A stretch of 52,644 bases of DNA from Gemmatimonadaceae bacterium (lineage in GTDB: Bacteria; Gemmatimonadota; Gemmatimonadetes; Gemmatimonadales; Gemmatimonadaceae). Made by a program: the position numbers and the translations under genes. The DNA lies in the NCBI GenBank assembly GCA_036375115.1, contig DASUSM010000297.1, positions 1 through 52,644 on the forward strand, in the 5' to 3' direction. Numbering within the stretch: the first letter of the stretch is position 1; the number at the start of each line of letters is the position of its first letter. The notes under the pieces are model-generated. The model saw only the letters and a program-made list of their open reading frames with translations. It had not been told where the DNA came from and searched no databases. Of this stretch, positions 7,287-13,806 are shown one piece after another.

Positions 7287-10118
7287 TCAGCGCCCGCGGC
7301 GTCCACGCTTTCTCCCTCCGCCCGCCTTGCCACCCGGCCCGCCCCCGGCCGGCCGGCCGCCACGTCGCTCGCTGCCACGCGGATCGCCCCGCTCCGCGCG
7401 CCCGCCCTCCCGACGGCCGCCGTCGCGACGGGCGCCGTCCCCCCGTCCCCCATCGCCGCGTTTCCCCTCGCTCCGGCCGCCGGCGCGTCCGCCTCCGCTC
7501 CGGGCGGTCTGCCGCCGCGCATCGCCGCGCCCCGCTCGCCCGCCGCGCCCCGCCCCCCGTCCATCGCGGCCGCGCTCCTCGCGCGCGATCTCGTCGGGCG
7601 TCCAGGGCCGCTCGAGCAGCTCCTGGAGCTCGTCGAGCGTCGCCGCGCGAACCGACCCGCGCTGGCCCCGTGGCACCATGAAGCGGAGTGGACGGTCGAG
7701 CGTCGGCAGCTCCGCCTCGGCGAGGGTGCGCGCGAGCTTCTCGGGGAGGCGCAGCCGCGCGACGCCCGTCGGCCGCCCGTCCACGTCCTCGACGTCGTAG
7801 TCGATCGCCACCTCGCGGTCGCGCACGAGCACCTCGTCCGGCAGCGCGCGATAGCGCTCTCGGTCCTCGTCCGAGACGAGCGCGTCGAGCTCCAGGTGGA
7901 GCGGCGCACGGCGGAAGGCGTCGACCGAGTCCACGTCGCCGAGCGCGCGCTCGTAGCGGTCGGCGAGCTCCGCGAAGCCGAGGCGCGGCGTCGTCCCGCC
8001 CGAGCGGCGCCAGATCTCGCGGATCTCCTCGATCGCCGCGCGGTGCCGCGGCACCGCCGGGTGGCGCGCCTCGGAGCGCGCCAGCGCCTCGGCGAGCACG
8101 CGCCGCGCGCGCGCGGCCAGCTCCGGCGGGAACACATCCAGCGCCTCGACCTCGCGCTCGAGCTCGAAGCCGAAGTAGCGCACGACGCGGCGCAGCGAGA
8201 GCGGCGCGTGCTTCCGCTGCGGATCGTAGACGAGCTCCGCCTCGCCGCGCTGCGCGTACCGGCGGACGAGGTCCATCGGGATCTGGGTCCCCTCGATCGA
8301 TGCGCGCGGGACGCCGAAGCGGTCGGCGAAGTAGCGGAGCGTCCCCGCGATCGCCCCCCAGCTTCCGCAGACACTCGTCTTCGAGACGCGCGCCTGTTGC
8401 CCGTCGGCGGTCTCCTCGTCGATCACGAGGTCGAACGGCATGTAGCGCGCGAGGAGGTCGGCGAAGCGCCGGTGCACGTGGTCGCGCGCGAACGGCAGAC
8501 GGTTCGGCAGCGGCACGTCCACGCTGCGGTAGATGCTCGCCATGCCGAGCGCGGCGTCCTCGATCGCCTTCACGAGCACGCCGCGCCGCTCCGCCCACTC
8601 GTCGATCCCCTCGTCGAAGAGGTGCCGCGGCAGGCCGTACACCGCGCCGATCGAGCCGTGCTCGCGGAACGCCTCGGCGTAGACGTTGTAGGCCGTGAGA
8701 TGATCGCTCCCCGGGACGACGAGCCCCTCGAGGTCGCGCTCCTCCCGCGTCATGCGGTGCAGCGACTCGACGGAGCTCATCACGGCGAGGAACGGCAGCA
8801 GCTCGTCGTCGCCGTGCACGAGGAGCTCGGCCCACGGGCGGTCCACGGGCATCGCCTCGACGAGCTTGCCGTAGGACGTGAGCCTCCCGTGCTCCACGAC
8901 GCCGCGCTCCTCGAGCAGCCCGAGCGCGCGGCGGTAGGCCAGCCGGTCGAGCGGGACGGGCAGCTCGAGCTCGTCGGCGCGCACGCCGAGGTCGGCACAC
9001 GTCATCGCGACGCGCTCGGAGTCCCCGGCGAGCTGGAACTCCGGCGCCGTCGGCCGGAGCTCGGAGAAGACGATGTCGCGGTCGGAGAGGATGAAGACGC
9101 GCCCGCCCTCGACGCGGCCGTGCACGCGCCCGGCCATCTGGAGGATCTCGTTCGCGCCGAGGTGGAGCTGCGTGAGGACGTTCTTCCCGTGCTCGATGAT
9201 GTTCGTGAAGCGGCGGTCGTCGATGACGACGGTGTCGAGGCCGCGGACGTTTATCGCGCTCTGCCCAGCGGCCGTCATCGCGAGGACGTACGGCTTCTCC
9301 TCCGTCCCCTCGAGGAAGGGGCGGATGATGCGGATCGGCTCGCCGCCGTGGTAGTACGCCGCGTTGATTCGCGGCGCACGCTCGCGAACGTGCTGCGCGG
9401 CCTCCTGCACGCCGGCGCGCGTCGGCAGGAAGACGGCGACGCCGCGCCGCTGCCGCACGACCTGCTGGAGGAAGCGGTCGTCGAGGAACTCGAGCGCGTC
9501 CTTGTTCACGACCGTCACGTCGGCGCGCTTGTCCTCGTCGAACGCGTAGCTCTGGATGACCGCGTCCGAGTCGAGGTACGACGCGTAGAACGTCGGATCC
9601 ACCGTCGCCGAGAGCCAGATGAAGCGGCATCCGACGCGCTTGCCGAGGGCGAGGCAGAGCTCGAGCTCCGCCGAGGTCTGGTGGATCTCGTCGACGACGA
9701 GCGTGTCTGTCGGGAGGATGTCGCCATCCTGGAACCAGCGCCGCGCGATCCCCGTGGTCACGACGATGACGTTCCACGTCGGCGTGTCGGGCGTCGCCTC
9801 GCGCTCGCGGTTGACGACGCCGACGCGGAGCTCCGTCGTGCGCAGGATCTCCTCCGCCATCAGGCGGATGCCGAGCGTCTTCCCCGTCCCCGTCCCGGCG
9901 ACGATCCCGAATCCCCTCCCGTCGCGCGCCAGGCGCCGCACCTCGTCGCCGTGGTGCTCCTCGAGGAAGGTCGGGATGCGCAGCCCGATCGCGAGCTCGA
10001 TCGTCTCGCACGCCGCGCGCGTCGGCGCGATGACGATGACGCGCCCGGTCGGCGGCTCGGCCGCGACGAAGGCGGCGTGGTCGGGCGGGAGGTAGCGGTC
10101 GGTGACGGAGCGCAGCAT
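7287..10118 (-). CDS. DExH-box (DEIH) superfamily 2 helicase with a ~450-aa unassigned C-domain and an RGG-rich tail
   Basis: ORF 7287..10301(-). The motifs are I AGTGTGKT, II VVDEIHQT, III LSATVD and VI QMAGRVHGR. The start is internal ATG 10118 (MLRSVTDRY...), from which third-position G/C becomes uniformly high. The last ~98 aa are RG/RGG repeats. Confidence 0.85.
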   Translation of the reverse strand: MLRSVTDRYLPPDHAAFVAAEPPTGRVIVIAPTRAACETIELAIGLRIPTFLEEHHGDEVRRLARDGRGFGIVAGTGTGKTLGIRLMAEEILRTTELRVGVVNREREATPDTPTWNVIVVTTGIARRWFQDGDILPTDTLVVDEIHQTSAELELCLALGKRVGCRFIWLSATVDPTFYASYLDSDAVIQSYAFDEDKRADVTVVNKDALEFLDDRFLQQVVRQRRGVAVFLPTRAGVQEAAQHVRERAPRINAAYYHGGEPIRIIRPFLEGTEEKPYVLAMTAAGQSAINVRGLDTVVIDDRRFTNIIEHGKNVLTQLHLGANEILQMAGRVHGRVEGGRVFILSDRDIVFSELRPTAPEFQLAGDSERVAMTCADLGVRADELELPVPLDRLAYRRALGLLEERGVVEHGRLTSYGKLVEAMPVDRPWAELLVHGDDELLPFLAVMSSVESLHRMTREERDLEGLVVPGSDHLTAYNVYAEAFREHGSIGAVYGLPRHLFDEGIDEWAERRGVLVKAIEDAALGMASIYRSVDVPLPNRLPFARDHVHRRFADLLARYMPFDLVIDEETADGQQARVSKTSVCGSWGAIAGTLRYFADRFGVPRASIEGTQIPMDLVRRYAQRGEAELVYDPQRKHAPLSLRRVVRYFGFELEREVEALDVFPPELAARARRVLAEALARSEARHPAVPRHRAAIEEIREIWRRSGGTTPRLGFAELADRYERALGDVDSVDAFRRAPLHLELDALVSDEDRERYRALPDEVLVRDREVAIDYDVEDVDGRPTGVARLRLPEKLARTLAEAELPTLDRPLRFMVPRGQRGSVRAATLDELQELLERPWTPDEIAREERGRDGRGAGRGGRAGRGDARRQTARSGGGRAGGRSEGKRGDGGRGDGARRDGGRREGGRAERGDPRGSERRGGRPAGGGPGGKAGGGRKRGRRGR

Positions 10119-10137
10119 GACGCGGGGGAACGTGCAA

Positions 10138-10184
10138 GGAAAACGCCGCCGGGGGAACGGGCACGGGCCCTTCCTCCGGCGGCG
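10138..10184 (-). terminator. intrinsic terminator downstream of the 10222..10809 gene
   Basis: The minus-strand RNA is CGCCGCCGG-A-GGAA-GGGC-CCGU-GCCC-G-UUCC-C-CCGGCGGCG followed by UUUUCC. That gives a 9-bp outer stem, 8 inner pairs and a tetraloop. It ends 21 nt before the helicase ATG. Confidence 0.7.
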
Positions 10185-10221
10185 CTGCGATCGCGGCCCG
10201 CATCGAGCCGGCCGCGCGTCG

Positions 10222-10809
10222 TCACTGCGGCGTGATCGTCTGTACCTTTCGGCCGTTCTCGTAGACCTCGACGCTGTCGGCGCGGCCATCGCCGTTCGCA
10301 TCGATCCAGACCTGCACCGTGCGCCGCGCCTCGTCGAGCCAGCTCACGCGCTCGGGGAGCCCGTTGCGGTCGCGATCGACGTAGCGCACCTGGTACACGG
10401 CGTCGCCGAGCCAGCGCGTCACGTCGTCCGAGCGGCGCCCGCGCTCGATGAGGATCGCGCCGATCATCTCCGGCATCGTCGAGGGATAGCGACGCTGCCG
10501 GTCGAGGCGGTCGTCGTCACGATCGCGGCCGGACCGCTCGTCGTCGCGGAACTGCTTGATGCTTCCCGGCTTCGCGTAGTCGTCGCCGAACAGGACGCGG
10601 CCGTTCGACGGCCGGTTCCGGACCGCGGTCGCGCAGTCCGTGGGCGCCGGCTGCTGGCCGGCGGGAACGCCGTCGAGCCAGATGCGGCACATTCCCGGCG
10701 GGGGACGGTGACCGGGCGGCACCTCGGTCTCCCGCCCCTGCGCGGAGAGCGGTGCGGTGATCGCGACGAGACCGACGAGTGCGACAGTATATGCAAGGCG
10801 CTTCATCAT
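10222..10809 (-). CDS. secreted hypothetical protein
   Basis: ORF 10222..10809(-). It starts at ATG-ATG preceded by GGAGGAAA (a Shine-Dalgarno sequence). The signal peptide is MMKRLAYTVALVGLVAITAPLSAQG. It has a PPGHRPPPGMCRIW motif and a DANGDGRAD Ca-binding-like loop. No family is assigned. Confidence 0.7.
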   Translation of the reverse strand: MMKRLAYTVALVGLVAITAPLSAQGRETEVPPGHRPPPGMCRIWLDGVPAGQQPAPTDCATAVRNRPSNGRVLFGDDYAKPGSIKQFRDDERSGRDRDDDRLDRQRRYPSTMPEMIGAILIERGRRSDDVTRWLGDAVYQVRYVDRDRNGLPERVSWLDEARRTVQVWIDANGDGRADSVEVYENGRKVQTITPQ

Positions 10810-11017
10810 TTTCCTCCGGAAACCGTCGGACCGACGGGTGCCCCTCCTAGAGCACGGAGGGTGCCACGCATCGAGCCCGCCGAGACAAACTCAACTCATT
10901 GCACAGCAACGATTTGACCAACTTCGACGGGACCCGGCGAAGACCCTGTCCATACGGCGGGACAGCGTTGTCCCGTAGTCTATTCTCCCTCGCCGCAGCC
11001 GACCAGAGCCTCGCACC

Positions 11018-12085
11018 GTGAACGCTCCCTCTGCAAGCCCGTCGCCGGACCGTCCATCGTCGGACGAGCCGCAGCGCACCGCTCGCCCCGATGCGGCGCA
11101 CGATCCCGGCCCCGAGGCCGCCCGGACGCGCGCCGTGGCGACCGGCGCGCCGCACGGCGAGCCCATCCGCATCGGAGGAGCCCGCATCCTCGTCGGCACC
11201 GCGGGATGGACCGACCGGACGCTCACCGCGGCGGGCGTCTTCTACCCCGACGCGGCGAAGACGCCCGAGGACCGCCTTCGCTTCTACGCCTCGCGCTTTC
11301 CGCTCGTCGAGGTGGACGCGACGTACTACGCGCTCCCGTCGCGCCGCATGGCCGAGCTGTGGGCCGAGCGCACGCCGGACGACTTCACCTTCGACGTGAA
11401 GGCGAACGCCCTCATGACGGGGCACCCGAGCGAGGTGTCGCGGCTGCCGAAGGAGCTGCGCGATGCGCTGCCGGAGGCGCTCGCGGCGAAGGCGCGCATC
11501 TACGCGACGGATCTCCCCGCCGAGCTCGAGGACGCCGTCTGGGCGACGTTTCTCGATGCGCTCGAGCCGCTGCGCTCCTCGGGAAAGCTCGGCGGCGTGC
11601 TCCTCCAGTACCCGCGCTGGTTCGGGCCGACGCGCGACAACGCCCGCGCCCTCGTCGAGGCCAGCCGCCGACTCGGCGACGTCACCGGCACCGTCGAGCT
11701 CCGCAACCGCGACTGGTTCTCGGACCGTCTGCGCGAGCGCACCCTCGGCCTCCTCGCCGAGCACGACATTCCCTTCGTCATGGTGGACGCGCCGCAGGGG
11801 CACCGCAGCTCCGTGCCGCCGATGGCGGCGACGACCTCGGCGCGGCTGGCCGTCGTGCGTCTGCACGGCCGCCGCGTGGACACGTGGGAGCGCCCCGGCG
11901 TCGGCGTCGCGGAGCGCTTCCGCTACCTCTACGACCGCGGCGAGCTCGCCGAGTGGCTTCCCCGCATCGGCGCCGTCGCCGCCGCCGCTCGAGAGGTGCA
12001 CGTCGTCTTCAACAACTGCTACGCGAACTACGGGACGACGAACGCGGCGGAGATGATGGGCATGCTCGCGGAGGAGGCCCGCTGA
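11018..12085 (+). CDS. DUF72 (YecE-like) family protein
   Basis: ORF 11018..12085(+) with a GTG start. The blocks are VGTAGWTD...FYP, RFYASRFPLVEVDATYY, LLQYPRWF and VHVVFNNCYANYGTTNA. The ~50-aa Pro/Ala-rich N-terminus has weaker third-position G/C, so the true start may be downstream (for example GTG 11135). Confidence 0.75.
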   Translation: MNAPSASPSPDRPSSDEPQRTARPDAAHDPGPEAARTRAVATGAPHGEPIRIGGARILVGTAGWTDRTLTAAGVFYPDAAKTPEDRLRFYASRFPLVEVDATYYALPSRRMAELWAERTPDDFTFDVKANALMTGHPSEVSRLPKELRDALPEALAAKARIYATDLPAELEDAVWATFLDALEPLRSSGKLGGVLLQYPRWFGPTRDNARALVEASRRLGDVTGTVELRNRDWFSDRLRERTLGLLAEHDIPFVMVDAPQGHRSSVPPMAATTSARLAVVRLHGRRVDTWERPGVGVAERFRYLYDRGELAEWLPRIGAVAAAAREVHVVFNNCYANYGTTNAAEMMGMLAEEAR

Positions 12086-12098
12086 CGCCGGCGCGCGG

Positions 12099-13178
12099 TC
12101 AGTCGCCGAACGAGATTCCCGTCGCCCGCGCCGTCTTCACGACGTCGTGGTCGGGCTCGACGCGCTTCGGCTTCTGGAGCACCTCGACGATCGGGACGGT
12201 GACGATGTGCGGTGACTGGAGCGCGACCATGTGCCCCCACCGCTTGTCCGCGATCGCGCGGACCGCGGCGCCGCCGAAGCGCGCCGCCAGCAGGCGGTCG
12301 TAGCCCGTCGGCATCCCGCCGCGCTGGAGATGGCCGAGGATCAGCGAGCGGCACTCCTTCCCCGTGCGCTCCTGGATCTCGCGGGCGAGCGCGTCGGCGA
12401 TCCCGCCGAGCCGCCTCGCCTGCCCCGGCATCGACGGGCCGAGGATGCTCTCGCGCCCGCCCCTCGGGAAGGCGCCCTCGGCGACGACGACGATCGAGAA
12501 GAGACGTCCTGCCGCGTCGCGCTCCCGGATCTTCTCGCAGACGCTGTCGACCTCGTACGGGATCTCCGGGATGAGGATGACGTCCGCCGTCGCCGCGAGC
12601 CCCGAGTGGAGCGCGATGAAGCCGGCGTCCCGCCCCATCACCTCCATCACGATCACCCGGTCGTGGCTCTCCGCGGTCGTGTGCAGCTTGTCGATCGCCT
12701 CGATCGCCGTGTTCACGGCCGTGTCGAAGCCGAACGTCGTGACGGTGCCGCTGACGTCGTTGTCGATCGTCTTCGGTACGCCGACCATGCACATCCCCTT
12801 GTCCACGAGACGCTGCGCGATCTCCAGCGAGCCATCGCCGCCGATCGTGATGATCGCATCGATGCCGAGCCGCTTCGCGTTCTCCACGAGCTCGTCGGAC
12901 CGGTCGATCTCGGTGTACGAGCCGTCCGGCTGCCGCACCGGATAGCTGAACGGGCTCCCGCGGTTGGTCGAGCGCAGGATCGTGCCGCCGAGGTGCGCGA
13001 TCCCGCGCACCGTCTCCCGCGTCAGCGGGATGACTTCGTCCTCGCCGAGCAGCCCGGCGAAGCCGCGCTTGATGCCGAGGACGTCCCAGCCGAGGTTGAT
13101 CGCGGAGAGCGTGGCGGCGCGGATGACGGCGTTGAGGCCGGGGGCGTCGCCGCCTCCGGTGGAGATCGCAATGCGCAT
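12099..13178 (-). CDS. pfkA: 6-phosphofructokinase
   Basis: ORF 12099..13340(-). The blocks are STGGGDAPGLNAVIR, TIGGDGS, GVPKTIDNDV, VMEVMGRDAGFIAL and LGHLQRGG. The start is internal ATG 13178 (MRIAIST...). Confidence 0.9.
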   Translation of the reverse strand: MRIAISTGGGDAPGLNAVIRAATLSAINLGWDVLGIKRGFAGLLGEDEVIPLTRETVRGIAHLGGTILRSTNRGSPFSYPVRQPDGSYTEIDRSDELVENAKRLGIDAIITIGGDGSLEIAQRLVDKGMCMVGVPKTIDNDVSGTVTTFGFDTAVNTAIEAIDKLHTTAESHDRVIVMEVMGRDAGFIALHSGLAATADVILIPEIPYEVDSVCEKIRERDAAGRLFSIVVVAEGAFPRGGRESILGPSMPGQARRLGGIADALAREIQERTGKECRSLILGHLQRGGMPTGYDRLLAARFGGAAVRAIADKRWGHMVALQSPHIVTVPIVEVLQKPKRVEPDHDVVKTARATGISFGD

Positions 13179-13230
13179 GTCGGTTGAGCCGTGCTGCGTC
13201 GGAGAGGGGACGGAGTGATTGGAGGGTGAG

Positions 13231-13455
13231 CTACTGCCGCTCGAGGAGCCGGACGATCTCGCCGTGCTGCGGGTGACGGCCGGACTTCGACTTCTCGAAG
13301 ACCGGCGTGCCGTCACGGAGCACTTCGAACCGACCACCACTCGACTTGATCAGCCGGACGTCGGCGTTCGGGAAGCGACGCCTGATCTCCGCCGCCAGAC
13401 CGACGGCGCGGGACTCGTAGCTTCAGGTGGTGCAGTACTCGATCGTGATGTGCAT
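13231..13455 (-). CDS. SelW/Rdx-family (SelW-like) selenoprotein, 74 aa, with in-frame TGA (13423-13425) read as selenocysteine
   Basis: Reading ATG(13455) through TGA to TAG(13231) gives MHITIEYCTT-U-SYESRAVGLAAEIRRRFPNADVRLIKSSGGRFEVLRDGTPVFEKSKSGRHPQHGEIVRLLEQRQ. This has the Rdx-fold pattern (beta-strand, CxxU, helix, IKSSGGxFEV, FxKxxxGRxP). Third-position G/C is high on both sides of the TGA in one frame. No start codon follows the TGA. A GAGG Shine-Dalgarno sequence lies 4 nt before the ATG. The ORF track shows only the 10-codon head, as the tail of shadow ORF 13423..13779. Confidence 0.75.
13386..13413 (-). promoter_or_regulatory. putative bacterial SECIS hairpin
   Basis: The minus-strand RNA UCCCGCGCCGUC-GGUCU-GGCGGCGGA starts 11 nt after the UGA. 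The upper stem CGCCGUC/GGCGGCG has 7 pairs including one G-U. The apical loop GGUCU contains the GGUC(U) seen in the E. coli fdhF SECIS loop. The loop G residues lie ~22 nt after the UGA. Confidence 0.55.
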
Positions 13456-13526
13456 GCGCCTCGGGGTGGGTGGTCGCTCCCTGTATGTATCTCCGGAGCG
13501 GGGCGGGAGTGCAAGCCATGCGCCGA

Positions 13527-13805
13527 TCATCGTGACGGCAGCGGAACGCCGGTCGCCGCCGCGAGTCGCGCGATGATGCTGTCCTGCCGGGCGACGACGC
13601 CGCGCAGGGAATCGAGCTGAGCCTGGAGCATCGCGTCGTCCTCCCGCAGTCCGGCGACCGCGTCGGAGAGCCCGAGGATCGCCTCGCCGGTCGTCACGTT
13701 CTCCGTCGGATCCATCGCGACGCCGCAGCCGGAGGCGCCGAGGGCGAGCGCGAGCGCGGCGGCGGCCTGCCGCCGACAACGGAGGGCGCGGACGGAGCGG
13801 AGCAT
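13527..13805 (-). CDS. small lipoprotein, coiled-coil-like (hypothetical)
   Basis: ORF 13527..13805(-). ATG lies 1 nt after the pepN stop, with GGAGG inside the pepN 3' end, which suggests translational coupling. The lipobox is LALGASGC. Confidence 0.6.
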   Translation of the reverse strand: MLRSVRALRCRRQAAAALALALGASGCGVAMDPTENVTTGEAILGLSDAVAGLREDDAMLQAQLDSLRGVVARQDSIIARLAAATGVPLPSR

Positions 13806-13806
13806 C

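Noticed and set aside
7225-10235. 992-aa (7225..10203 -) and 779-aa (7896..10235 +) ORFs overlapping the helicase
   Set aside because: The composition is dominated by R/A/G/P/D with no domain signatures. The DExH helicase frame (7287..10118 -) explains the region.
13219-13620. 133-aa (+) and 68-aa (13313..13519 -) ORFs overlapping the SelW-like locus
   Set aside because: They have no family resemblance and poorer codon-position bias than the read-through SelW-like frame. I treated them as shadows.
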